DNA of 64,000 nucleotides from Hydrolagus affinis (Eukaryota). The position numbers were made by a program, and so were the translations under genes. The notes below the pieces were generated by a model that worked only from the letters and a program-made list of their open reading frames with translations, was not told the origin of the DNA and made no database searches. The stretch spans positions 1 through 64,000 of the forward strand of contig JAAILG010000241.1 of NCBI GenBank assembly GCA_012026655.1, written 5' to 3'. Positions within the stretch are counted from its first letter, which is position 1. Every line of letters begins with the position of its first letter. This document shows, piece by piece, positions 49,776 to 63,005 of the stretch.

Positions 49776-51706
49776 CCTTATAATAGATAAATATGTTATT
49801 GCAGCACAAAGCAACCAAAACAAATCACCAATTTTTTGCATCTCATTATGATTTTGCAAACAGTATGAATGGAAGTTCAGCCAAGATCAGTGCGATCTTT
49901 CAACAGTACGTACAAGCTAAGCAATCAGATGGAACGGAACTCAGAAGAAAGCTGTTTTTCAATTAGAGTGAGCACTTGATTTTTTCTGATAACATTTATT
50001 TATAAATATATTTGGTATAACAGAAATCCCAAACAAAATACAATATCTTCTTTCCTATTTTCCCGATACAAAAAAAATTCAATTATTTATGCTACATTTC
50101 TTCTACGCACAGGTTGTGCTTACATAAATAAATAGTGTACCAGTGTAATCATCCTCACCGTCACTATCCAAGTTATTGAAATTAATCTTCTAGGTTATGT
50201 CATTTTAGTTCTGATGCATCAGCGTTTTATGAATGTGGCGAATGAGCACAATACCATGTTCTGGTGATGTTTTTGAAGAGAGGAAATACATTCCCCTAAC
50301 CTAATTTTAAAGCGGCTTAATGCTAGTTAGGTTTGAATATGAATGCAAACACTAAGATAGTGCACATTTTCTAGGTCTGCTCACAGTGATGTTTAGTCTC
50401 CTAGCAACCAGAGCTGAACACACATGCGCTGTTCATCAGTTTCCTCACACTGTACCATCAATCTCCCTCCAGATACAAACAGTGTCTTCTGGTTGTACAA
50501 ACACGTGCTGACGACCTTTAAAGACAGATATTTCAATCATTTTATATTAATATTTACAGTGCTAGGATATCTAGTTTGTCTTTCTGAGTTATTCAGGGAT
50601 TACACTTTTGAAAGTTTGGGTTGACGATCAGCAAATATTTAACATTGGTTTTAGCATTGTCACAAAAAGTATTCAATGGGCATCCAATGTCACTGACAGC
50701 CATCACTTTTGGGGCAAATGATTTCAGATGGAGTGTTAAATGGCTGTTGAACCAACTAATAATTCTGGGTTGTAAATAGGAGAGTGTTTTCCCTGTTCTT
50801 TTTGGCTGCCTGTGACTGGTGCTGGCTCTCTTTATCACATCACTGTTCAGGCTTAAGAAACGTACAGAACAGTCTTTGAAAAGCTCCGCCGCTTGTGTAC
50901 ACCAGGCCAAAACGCCTCTGCTTTATACCCTTTTAAGGAAATTTGGCACTGGAATGCTGTCAAAAAACATGCGGATGTAAAAACCTGCCTGTTTCTCAAC
51001 AGCAATAAAAACATCCAGATGCTGTGGTTCATTGAAGAAGTCATACGGTGGCCTGATTCTGAACTGCACTAAAAGTCATGATTTGTAATGATTTATTTCT
51101 AAATGCTTTGTAATGGTTGTGAGGGTCTTAATATGATGAAAAGATAGTGTTTGTTGACTGTTTCTGCACTGCAATGAGCACCGACTGGCCAAACGCCAAA
51201 GTTAACATTGACTAAAGATTAAAAATATTATATCATGAACTAACGCTAAGTGTGTAATGTAATCTGAAGGTATGTGCAGAGTTACTCTCGGAATGCTCTT
51301 TCCTTTAGGAATAAATTAGGTCCTGATTTTGCCTAACTCATGGTTTGAATTTGTGAAATCCCTCAAACAAGTGATGGCGAGAGGAGATGGACAGGTAAAG
51401 GGAAGCTATCTGACTAGTTTCCACAGAAATGAAGGAACCCTAAACCTATCTTCTGATATAAGGCTGCATCACTGTAAACCCTTCTAACCCCAGCATTTTT
51501 TGTCTTTGAAGATTGGGTTGAATGGGCCCTAAGTACTCAGCAACTAACTATATTTTTGCCAAAAGCTTAACGAGATTAAAAATTAACAGGTTAGTAAGAA
51601 ACCATGGCCATGGGGACAGGTAAATATGTGCAGCCACGTCCTGTTTGTGTGGCACTTCAGACAGTACACTGTGTTACCATTCAGCTATTGATATTGATGA
51701 ATGGTA

Positions 51707-51967
51707 ATGCAAGTGAGAGACCTGGGTACGATTTCTGGTAGGGCAAGTTTCCTTTCTGCACATGCCCTATAATAATCCCTCAAGAAAAAAACAACAGTGA
51801 TAATTTGGTCAGTCAATCCACGGGACACTGCTGTGTACAATTGGCTTCCGCATTCCGCCCACAGAAATATACAGTCAATTCACTTTACACTATATTCCTT
51901 GAAGTGCTTTGAGACATTTAGAAGATGTGAAAAGCGCTGTATCAAATGCAGGATTATTGTTATTATA
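51707..51967 (+). mobile_element. 5'-truncated tRNA-derived SINE
   Basis: Family body and tail. Confidence 0.88.
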
Positions 51968-52189
51968 AAGGTTACACCTCAGATAGTGGTTGTGTGACCC
52001 ACTGAGCTATCATTTGGGAGGCACTGTGTATACTGGAAAATATGGTACTTTAAGTGTGATACTACGTATTATTGAAGGGATGGTGTATGGGAGCTCTGTA
52101 TTCAGTGAGTATGGTGTCACTCCCATAATGAGTGGAGGACCAGAGCATCATTGACACTGTTAGAACATTTGGGACAAAAAACCCTTCCT

Positions 52190-53040
52190 CACTACCTTCG
52201 CCTTGCCCCCTCCTTTCTCAGTTTCAGGTCTCAACTAAAGACCTTTCTCTTCGACCGCTCCTTTGGTCACCTTTCTACCCCTGCCCCTGGCTCGGTGCCG
52301 GGATACGCTATTGTGAAGTGCTCTGAGATGCCGTCCGGCATGGAGGGCGCTATATAAATCAAAGTTGTTGTTGTTGTTGTACTCAAGGCTTTGAGCACTT
52401 GACCAAAATTCTGTTTTTTGTTTAATAGTTTTGTTTAAGTAGATTTAATTATTGGCCAGACACTTTGAAAAATATCTGGCCAGACACTGTTCAAAACTAT
52501 CAAAGCCTCATTTTAAACAAAAAGGAGAATTGACTGGAATTGAGTGACAGAGGTTTAAATCAGACGAATGGGATGAACTCTCTTGATGGTACAAGGGTTC
52601 ACAATGAAATACGTTTAGCTAATATCAACCTAGATGTAAATCTATAGAACAAAAAAGAGACTCTAATTTGACACCAGTTGGGAAGTCTCACTTGCTTGGC
52701 AAATGAATCATATAATTAAATGGCTGCTGTTCTGAAACCGGGATTAAGACAGTAGTGATCCACTTTCAGAGGTCGCACGTTCAGCCACTACTTCCGCAAA
52801 CTCTGGAATACTCTCCCTCAATCCCTCCGCCTTGCCCCCCCCCTCTCCCCTCTTTCAAGTTCCATCTGAAAACATTCCTCTTTGACTATGCTTACGGCTA
52901 CCTCCCCATAACCCTCCCCCCCACCCACCCACCCACCCACCCACCCACTCCATCCAACTTAGAGTCAGGCTCCGCCACTGTTAAGTGCTCTTAGACGCTG
53001 CCCTGCGTGACGGGTGCTATATAATTGCTAGTTATTGTTG
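52190..53040 (+). mobile_element. Two L2 3'-end fragments (52190-52380; 52770-53040)
   Basis: SFRSQLKTFLFD and SFKFHLKTFLFD ORF2 ends, each followed by an L2 tail. Confidence 0.82.
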
Positions 53041-53640
53041 GAGACATCTCATCCTCTTTATAAAACCCTAGCTAACGATGGTGTGTGACACTCCCTTAGA
53101 GCTCTGGTTATTATAGTGCTGACATGCTGAGCTTTTATGAGAACATTGGGTCAAATTGCCATACATTCAATAGTGACTGCATAGATACGTGCATTACAAA
53201 TCCCCTATTTTTCAAAGCTTCTTTCCTTTACCAAATATTGAATGGACAGATAAATTGATACCAGCATAATTTCACATCGGGAGGACGTCCTAAGGCATTG
53301 AACAGTCAGAATTCGTGTTGTGTTTACATGAAAATCCACTCCTATTTGACATTCTCTGTTTTCAGGTTTTAAAGAAATATGAGCTACTTCCAGCATCTGC
53401 AGTATTTTGCCTATTATATGAATATATGTTATGTCAGTAGTTTTCAGCTCCATGATTGACTCCCAGTTGAAAATAAAAGTCAATGTTAAAGTTGAAAGGC
53501 TGCGTATTTCTCCCTACTCTACTTCATCATGTTGAATAGCTGCAGGACACGATGAAAGTGCTTATATGTTTCCATAAAAATAATTTAGTTCCAGGAAATG
53601 TGCCTCATGCCTGTTGTTTTGCAATGTGGAGAACTTTCAA

Positions 53641-53945
53641 TAATACTAATAATAATCCTTGCATTTGACATAGCTCTTTTCATGTCTTCTAGACGTCTCA
53701 AAGCGCTTCACGGAATATATTGTAAATTAAATTGACTTGTATATTTGTGGGCGAAACACAGCAGCCAATTGTGCATAGCAGTGTCCCACAAACAGCTGTG
53801 GATTGAATGACCAAATTATTAATGTTTTTTTTGAGGGATTATTAATAGGTGTGTGGAGTAAGGAAACTTGCCTAAGGTTTCGCCCTGCCCAGGAATCGAA
53901 CCCAAGCAAGTGGTCCAACCACAGGACACTGAGCTGCAGGACTCC
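53641..53945 (-). mobile_element. Full-length tRNA-derived SINE
   Basis: Reverse complement of the family consensus with B-box GGTTCGATTCC. Confidence 0.92.
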
Positions 53946-54449
53946 ATATGGTGGCTGGCTAGTTACTGAAAAGCTGCTGTACGTAACTTAATCAAGCCTC
54001 CAACCTTATTGAAATTTACACAGAATTGAAGTAGGAAGGAAAACAACATACTTGAAAACTAGTATTTTTATGTGTTATCATGTGATATGATGATTTTCAA
54101 CTCTTCTACTAGGCAGCACATGGCTCTTAAGCAATCGATTCTGTTGGCCACAGTTAATAATAATAATCCTTGCATTTGATGTAGCGCTTTTCTGTATGAA
54201 AAGAAAAAACTGAAAAATGCAGTGGTTTCAAAATGTGGTTTCCTTAAATGAAAACACAATGTAACATGTTGTATTGTAGAATTCCTGGTTGACCACAACA
54301 AATTGCTCATGAATTTGAATAATGGCATCAGTATAAATGTAGTGCACAAACAGTATTAGCATCCATCAGCAGTCACTATGGTGGAAGAAATTTAAATAAA
54401 CTAAATAGAAAAACTGGATAAAATCTGGCAGTACATTTGCAGATTGTAC

Positions 54450-54850
54450 AACACAACAACAACAAAATTACACTTGTAAAGCGCCTTTCATGTCAGGAGG
54501 ACGTCCCAAGGCACTGGACAATCAATTGTTTCAGACCCGAGCTGGGTTCGGTGATGGAGAGGGAGGAGGGAAAGTGGGGGATTTGGAGTGACTGTTGAAG
54601 AGGAGCAGGACTTGAAGGAGGTCAGGGAGGGGACGAGGCGGAGAGACTGCGGGATCGAGTTCCAGAGGTCGGAGGCAGAGTGGCTGAAGGCGTGCCCGCC
54701 AATGGTGGGGCGGGTGGGTCAGGGAACGTGGGGCAGGCCAGAGCCTGCTGAGCGGACGGGGTTGGCAGGTTGTTAGTGGGTTAGGAGGTCGTAGATGTGG
54801 GGGGTGAGGCTGTGGAGGGCCCTGAATGTAAGGATCAGGATCTTGAAGTG
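54450..54850 (-). mobile_element. L2 LINE 3' fragment
   Basis: Tail gcgcctttcatgtcaggaggacgtcccaaggcactgg plus G-rich ORF2 end. Confidence 0.85.
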
Positions 54851-57709
54851 GCTTCATTATGGATCTATGAAGAACTATATGAATGACTAGTTTATTCATG
54901 AATGCAGAATATTTGAATTACAATCTATGACTGATTTGTTGCATTCATTGCATACTGCGAAGTCTGAGGAATCTGTCATATTTATCAGTTAAAGTCAATT
55001 GAATGAAAGTATTTATTCTGACACACATACGGCAGGCTTAAAAAAAGTTTAAAAACATTCTTATCTTTTCCTGAATCTATTTCAACAACTTTACGGTGTG
55101 ATGAATTTCCATATAAATTGTGTTTTTGCAGAGGAAGGATTCCAGGTTTTGAAATACAATCATGCTATTAAATGCACCCAATATGAAATCAAAATACAGG
55201 ATCCAGAGCCAGGCTCATGACATATGATCTTGTGAATGCTTCAGCTGAATAATATCTAATTTCTGATTCTTCTTATGTTTTCTTCACTGTATGAATTGCA
55301 GTGCAAAGGTTAACTTCTTACTTCCATCAGGAGCTGACCTAGAGTTCCATTATGTGTATTGATTCTGATGCTCAACTGTTAGCACTCTTGATTCTGTGTT
55401 AGAAGGTTGTAGGTTTAAACCACATATCCGAACTTGCGCTCAGATTCAATGTTATTGTCGGATGAAATGCAACATTGCAGTTGTGTACCCTGTGTACTAT
55501 AAACCATTGGACAATATCAAAACCTTCAGTAAATTGCTGTATTTATCTGTTATGTTAATGTTAAATGTATAGTTCACCACAGTACATTTAACAGTATTCT
55601 AGGAAAAAGGCACTTTTCCCCATCTTTTCATTCATGGGTTAGAGGAAAACCATACATCAGATAGTGAAACATATTTGAATTATCTTTATACTGTATGTTA
55701 GGATTTGATTTACTTTATAGTTCACATAACAAAAATCTGCTAAATTCAAATTCATTCAAATTTCTCTAATTTTTGAATATAGAATTCCCATTATTTTTGC
55801 CAACTACCATTATACAGTATATTATTATAAATGTATAAGATTTCAGTATTTCGTAAATCATCTAAACGATTGAAGTAAATAATTATTGAACGGTTCCTAT
55901 GTCCAAATACTAGTCTAAAACACAACTAAATACACAATTTGTAAAGAAAATGCAAAGCTTAAAATAGACTAACATTTTGTTTATCTAGATGCCAAGGGTG
56001 AGGTTAGGGAGGTTGCTCAACATGATTTACATATTCAGCATTGCAAAGAAATTAGGCAATAATCAACCTCATTGTATAATTATTCAAGTGGTTCATTAAA
56101 CAATGGCTATTAGAGTTTCTGAGTTTACAAAGCAATATTGTGAGCAGATAAAAAAAAGTGTTAATGTTAATATGATTGTTTTACCAAATAGATGTAAATT
56201 TAGTGACAGAAGCATGTATTAGGATTATTCTACATTTCTGTGATTTGCTTTTTTATTTTTGTGTAATGATGGCTTTTTAAAAATAATTGTTTTACCAGTA
56301 TAGAGGCAGATTATTAATATAATAATGTTTTTGAATACTTTTTTTATATCAGAGTTTGGCTCTGGGCTTCTTTCCACCAGGGATTAAAGTCCAGGTCTCC
56401 GGAACACTCTTCCTAAAGCATTCTGCCTCCCATCTACCTTCTAAGCTTTCAAAATCTGTCTAAAAAATGATCTCTTTGAATGTGCCTTCAGCAATCTCCC
56501 TTCTACCCCCGCTCCCCCATACCCAACCTTGCTCGGATTCCCACTTGATCTCTGTAAAGCGCTTTAGAATTGATTTCAGATTTCTGGAACTTGTTTACTT
56601 TAAATTTCTTATATTTTCCTTTTTCTTGTATTATTTTACATTTAGTTATATTCTGTGAAGTGCTTTGAAACATTTCAGCAATGTGATAAGGTGCAAGGAT
56701 AATAATACAGTACCGTATATTACTTTATGGATTTGTTTGTCACGGCACATGCTTAGTGAAATATAATTGAAAAAGGAAGACAGCTGGTTAGTCCTAAACC
56801 ATCTTGTGAATAATTTCTAAATCATTTCAACATGACCTAAATTAAAAAAAAGTTTTTTATTATTTAATTCAAGTGTCTATCATTTGTTTCAATGGATTCT
56901 AAGAAATGAACAATTCACTTTGAAAATGTTTTACCATATCTAACCTAGACTTGGTTGTACATAGCAGAGCTGCCCAATGTTTATCATCAATACAAATTTG
57001 AACAGGTTATTTTCTCTCCACTTTTACGTATTCCCATTTTTATTTCATTTTTATGGGCAATTGTTCAGCACACTCATGGTGCCTTAGAGACAAATGAATT
57101 GAGAAATCAATGCATAAAGAATCACAGGATTCTACCATTCTATTCCACGCCATATCATTATACCAATACCCTGTGCCACCTAACTATTCATAATGAAAAT
57201 GCACCATCGAATATGCATAGACAACAGTAGAAGAGGCACAGTGAGTATTCCTCTACGCTTTGATGTATTTGAAAACTGGATTGTTGCTGGATCAGGACCA
57301 AGTGATTTTGTGTACAACCAGTTGTTGCTAAGGAAACTATCACTCTCCAGTTATGCTCATATGATCCTCCTTTTGCATGTCAGTTGCAGCATTGTTTTTA
57401 AAGCCAGTATTATTCAATCAACACAAACTGAATTTATTCCTAAAAATGCGAACAAAAAATTCAAGGGATAAAAGCAGTGCAATTTATTCAGCGTTTTGGA
57501 ACCATTTGCTACCTGATAAACACGTCAATAACAATGCACATCATTTAAATGTAATCTGAAGCTTGGATTGCTATTGAATTTATGGTGAGATTTAAGTATG
57601 GCATCAGCATTCAAGAGGATTTTCAGTTCTAAAGAGTTCCAGACTGCAGACTCACTGCAAGTCGCTGAACATTATTTAGTGACCATCAAGTTAAGCAGAA
57701 TGAGATAAG

Positions 57710-58320
57710 CAACAACAACATTACATTTATAAAGTGCCTTTTATGTCGGGAGGATGTCCCAAGGCACTGAACAGACAGGTCGGGGCCCGAACAAAGGGGA
57801 GAGGCAGGGTAGGGGGGAGGGGATGGAGAAAGTTGGGAGGGGAGGGAGAGAGATGGAAGGGTGGCAGAAGACATGATCGAAGAGGAGGGTCTTGAGACCG
57901 GCCTTGAAGGAGGCAAGGGAGCAAATGAGGCAAGGGAGCAAATGAGGCAAAGGGACTGTGCTATGGAGTTCCAGAGTGTGGGGACAGAGAGGGTGAAAGC
58001 CTGTCCACTGATGGTGGAGCGGATCGAGCATTGGACACACCGGAGCCCGCTGAACAGAGGGGGCGGGCAGGTTCATAGGGAATCAGTAGGTCAGAGAGAT
58101 AGGAGGGGACAAGGCCGTGAATAGCCTTAAAAGTGAGGACGAGGATCTTGAATTCAATCCTCTGGGGGTGGGGAGCCAATGGAGCCGGGCGAAGGTGGAA
58201 GTGATGTGGTCGTGGAGCTTGGTGCGGGAGAGGACACGAGCTGCAGAGTACTGCAGCTTGTGAAGGGAAGAGCCGGGAAGGCTGACGACGAGGGAGATTC
58301 CACAGTCGAGCCTTGATGTT
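57710..58320 (-). mobile_element. L2 LINE 3' fragment
   Basis: QRIEFKILVLTFKAIHGLVPSYLSDLLIPYEPARPL and SLASFKAGLKTLLFD; L2 tail at 57710-57775. Confidence 0.92.
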
Positions 58321-59996
58321 ACAATTGCATGAATGCAAGTAATGGCTTTGATATCACCAGGAGACCTATGTAAACTATTTCAGTGACTAAAATTTTATAA
58401 ATATACCAAGGTTGCATGAATGTTGTGTGATACTTGATTGCAGGGTAACTTGCTATATGCAACCTACATGGCAGATTGAGAAAGGAACAGTGTCTAAAGT
58501 GTGAAGGTGTTATCCTTATCCATACAGCTATACCTACAAGTATTGATTGGTGTGATGCGATTGGAAAATAGTGGAACCAATAACTAAGAGAACTGAATGC
58601 AACCAGCACCAGCGACGAGCAGCACCCAAAGTTCTTCACCAGAGATTATTACGTCGCTAATGGATAGACTAGTGTATTGAGACACTAATAATTAGACGGT
58701 TCTTGGATATGAGAGATGTCCTAGTACACATCCACTGCAGACTGGTTAATGTTAAGCTCTGTTAGATGTTAATCTTCCTGTCAGTATGATTCTAACTGCA
58801 TCTATTATTGAAGGGATAATAACATCTTTCAGTAGAATCCTTCATGTAGCGATATATTGTTTTACAACCAATAAAGTCAGGAAACTGGCTGATTTTTACA
58901 TTTTGTAGGATGTCAATTTGTTATGGAGGTTCTCGCCCGCGCCCCCCCCCCTCCATTCCACCCCCCCCCCGCCCCAACGCAAATATTGTAGTATAAAGAA
59001 ATTATAGCAAAGCATAGACTGTTTCCTTTTTAGCCAATTAATGCAAAATAACTTTAAAAATATTTTGTTTGTACGGTGTTAGTAATGCTAAAGTAAGAAA
59101 ATAAAGTAAGTTGCAACAGTGTTTAGCATTAAGTTGCGTTCCTCTATGTAATTATCATGCCCTGGAGTTGGGCATATAAAATCTGTCCACATCCAGCACC
59201 AGTCTAAACAAATGCTGGAAATCCACTTATCGTGATACTTACAACAGTCAAGTATTGAACTTGGTGTAATACATCACTGAATACATTTTCACTGAGTATG
59301 CAAACATTAATTTTGTTCTCAGTAAAAATATATTTCTGTGTTGGCAGGGGCTACAGGTAATATAATTGTTATCAAAACACATGTTCTAAATCTAGACTCT
59401 GAAAACATGTCCCTCGCAAATAAGTCCGCCATTGTTTCTGCGGAATTTGTAGGGCCGAATGGACTTATTGCTACATGTGGTTGTATTTTGTTTCCTGATA
59501 TCCTCCAGCACAAAATTCAAAAAATGAAACTCTACCCCTTGCACTGTTACTGAACATTATTCCTTTCCAAAGGGGTGAAGAGTTTGCATATACATCTGAA
59601 ACATATCTTCCTGGAAGGTCACATTTCCAAATATTGTGCAGCTTCTTTCTCTAGCGTTCGGCAAACTGAGGTTGGTAAAACTGTGAATTGATGCGGCTGG
59701 CATTTTCCAGATGTTGCAAAGATGCCACACATTTCAGTCCCAGAAGCGGTTTCACAGTATGATTGTGTTCCAATTAGCTATTCAAAGTCACACCACTTTT
59801 CTCGTCATGCTGATGAATAGGAGTAATTTAAAATTCAAAACCAACATTCATTTTAGCAAAGGGATAACATTCTCAGGTACAAGTATTGGCTAACAAAACA
59901 TTGGATGCCTCTTTTCTAACAACCTTCATTATCTCCTGAGCTTCAGGAGCTTCGTCATTCAGTAGAAATGTTGTTTCAAGTATTCTGTTGGGATGT

Positions 59997-60420
59997 CAAC
60001 AGCAACAAAATTATATTTGTATATTGCCTTTCACATCTGGAGGATGTCCCAAGGCACTGGAGAGACCCTATTTCAGACCTGGTGTGGGGATTGGGTAGGG
60101 TGCAGGCCAGGAGGGTAGGTGATTGTTCGAAAGCAAGGTTGAAGAGTCCAGCCTTGATGTAGGTCATGAAGGAGGCAAGGGATGGGGCAAGACAGAGGGC
60201 ATGCAGGATGGAGTGGGATGGGCGAGCCTGGGCGTTGGTAGGGGTTTAGGAGGTCACAGAGTTAGTAGGGACCAAGGCCATGGAGGGCTTTGAAGGTGAG
60301 GACCAGGATCCTGAACTGTATCCTCTGTGTGATGGGAAGCCAGTGAAGTCAGGCGAGGTTGGGGGTAAAATGGTCATGGAGCCTAGTATGGGAGAGGATA
60401 CGGACTAGAGTTCTGGATGT
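59997..60420 (-). mobile_element. L2 LINE 3' fragment
   Basis: Tail gcctttcacatctggaggatgtcccaaggcactgg; gggaagccagtgaag (LHWLP on the reverse strand). Confidence 0.85.
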
Positions 60421-60491
60421 GAACAGCATTAGTCAAACAAAACCAATAAGTTGCATCACAAAGGAAATCACTTTATGTATGAAATTCATTT

Positions 60492-60590
60492 GGAGTTCTG
60501 TAGCTCAGTGATTAGAGCACTCGCCTTACAACCTTGGGCAAGTTTCTTTACTCCACATGTCGAATAATAATTCCTCAACCAAAAAAACAA
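60492..60590 (+). mobile_element. tRNA-derived SINE head, internally deleted
   Basis: GGAGTTCTGTAGCTCAGTGATTAGAGCACTCGCC joined to CCTTGGGCAAGTTTC. Confidence 0.85.
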
Positions 60591-62418
60591 TGCCTGCAAA
60601 GCTTTTGGTGGATGAACTCATGAGAATTTCATCTGAAGTCTCCTTCTTTGGTAGTGGGTTCTGGAGCGTGAAGAAATAAAGCTCCTTTGCTGAAAGGCAT
60701 TCCCTTCTTGGGCAATTGTCAGCTTGCAGGTGAAATAACCATATGTTAATGTCGAGACTGAAATTCTTTTCCTTTGTGTGTGTGTAGCGCTGGGTAAATT
60801 TCTGCCCCATTATTACTTGCATCGTGTTCAGTGGTTGAGTCTCTCCCAGCTCAGCCATTGCCTGGTATGCTGTTACTACTTCAAAACAGTGCTGCCTCAC
60901 AAGTATGGATTTGTACTGCAGCACTTCTGGTTGCAATGCTCCATTCACCCTAACAAATCCATCTATGTCACTCATGTTCAGTCCTTGGGCACAGTTATAA
61001 ATCCATCTATCAGATGCATATACATTACATCATTATCTTTATGGCCCAGATAGATATGTCCCAACCTTGAAACTTTGTTATTTTCACTATCTTTGTAAAA
61101 TATCTTGTAGATGTTTGCTAAAGTTTGCTCCCAGGAGCAGGATGTGAAATTATGCTGTACCCTGAAAAACCTCAGTTTCTCTCAACATTACGGCGCACCT
61201 GTTTAAAATTAGAAATCAACACATCTCTTGTATGTATTTGACTCATCTTCTTTCACCCATTCAATTTGAAGGCTGCGATTGTGTTCCTCTTGAACTATAT
61301 CTTCACTCTTTAGTTGCATTGGTCAAGTTAGGTAGGTGTAATGTAAGGATTACTTTCCAAACCAATTGTTACAACGTTTTCTTGCAATCCTCCAATTCTT
61401 TTGTCCATAAAAACTGGATAGAATACTGTACACATTGGTATAGTTGTAGAAGTGTAGATAGTTTACTCGCCATTTCTTCAGCTTCAGTAACTCGTGAACT
61501 TCCGGCACTTTTTCCATTTATATCAATGTAGTGCAGCTGACACTACAACATTTAGTTCTAATTTTCAAAAGCAAACTATACAGTATCATAAAGGAGTCCC
61601 TATAAATTTTTCTTCCCTCATCAGCACTTGGCCAGTCTTAAGTGTCATTTTACATTATTCATTATTCCAATCAATTTACATCACATGGTGCTAGGTAAAT
61701 ATCTGCCCTTTAAACAATTATTCATCAATTAATCACTTTTACATGCAACAATTACAATTTTCCTGATCACAAGCAGTGAACCTTCGCCATTCTGAATTTA
61801 ACCTCACTATTTTTACACCAATCGTCATGAATTATCTCAGATTTTCTGATCTTTGATTCAAACATTCAAACATGATTTTTGCTTCAGTGGTGGAGCTCAA
61901 TCGCTGGCTTTTCAGCTTGATGTGAGAAGCACTGCCTAGGTTGGTAAATGGCACATTCAGATGTTTTAAGGATCACAATTCAATGGGACATACATTGCCG
62001 TTCTGGCTTCCCCTTAATGATCTCATCCATCAAGCCATCATTTCCTTTCAGACCGTCACTGACTGATTTTCACTCTCAAAATAGTCAATTAGATTAGATT
62101 GGATTGACTCCTGCACTCATGTAAGTTACTATGTTATGTCACAAACGGGATGCTAGTCTTCAATTTTCTCATCGAAAATAATGGAAATGGAATGGTTTTA
62201 TTCGCTCGCTCAGTGGTGTTTTTTTTAGTGATTATCATATTGGTTATAATTGAAGCTGAAAGAATATAGAAAACTTTAACACTGGAAGCAACTAGACTGA
62301 AGAAGAATGACACTTTTTTTCCATTAGTACATAATCTTTACATGCATAAATTTTGAATATCAGAAGTTTAAATGCCCTTCAGTGATGTAATAACACATCT
62401 CAGAGTTGTGATGGTGTT

Positions 62419-62640
62419 GGCGACCTATAGCTCAGTGGTTAGAGCACTCGCCTCACAAACGATAAGCCCTGGGTTTGATTCCCGGGTAGGGCGAAAAGTT
62501 GGGCAAGATTCCTTACTCCACATGCCTCTGTTTACGTAGCAGTAGGTAGCAACCCAGTTGTTAGACAATTGGTGCATCGCTTTACTGGGAGTAATAATTT
62601 CTTTAAAAAAAAGCTTGGTCACTCAATCCACGATTGACTG
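62419..62640 (+). mobile_element. tRNA-derived SINE 5' half with internal insertion, ending ~80 nt before a PRKG1 acceptor
   Basis: TAGCTCAGTGGTTAGAGCACTCGCC...GGTTTGATTCCCGG..CCTTACTCCACATGCCT. Confidence 0.85.
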
Positions 62641-62718
62641 TGAGATTTTCCTGAATCTGTTTTTAATTTTTCAGCAAATCTGTCAACATGCATTAACATA
62701 TTTTCCCTTTTCACTTAG

Positions 62719-62885
62719 GTCTAAGGAATTGATCAAGGAAGCAATACTGGACAATGACTTCATGAAAAATCTTGAATTGTCACAGATTCAAGAGATTGTT
62801 GACTGCATGTACCCAGTGGAGTTTGGCAAAGACAGCTGTATCATCAAAGAGGGTGATGTGGGATCCTTGGTTTATGTTATGGAAG
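62719..62885 (+). CDS. PRKG1: PRKG1 first shared exon ([55 protein letters not shown]; start of cGMP-binding domain A)
   Basis: 167 nt; ttttcacttag acceptor, G|GTAGGT donor; first base completes the phase-2 codon of either first exon. Gene continues beyond the window. Confidence 0.98.
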
Positions 62886-62904
62886 GTAGGTTATTTCAGT
62901 TATT

Positions 62905-63005
62905 CAATAACAACTTGCATTTATATAGCGTCCTTCACGTGGGATAGAGTCCCAGAGCACTTGACATCGTCGGAGCGCAATGCCAAACTGGGGGCAGGGG
63001 GAGGG
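62905..63005 (-). mobile_element. L2-type 3' tail about 20 nt downstream of the PRKG1 donor
   Basis: caacttgcatttatatagcgtccttcacgtggg..cccagagcacttgaca. Confidence 0.7.

Noticed and set aside
60526-60975. 149-aa antisense ORF
   Set aside because: No recognisable domain, ends inside a SINE, and the length is plausible by chance over six frames of 64 kb.
44490-62718. Nested retrogene or known miRNA in the PRKG1 intron
   Set aside because: No long intronless ORF or recognisable mature miRNA sequence seen in this part of the gene.
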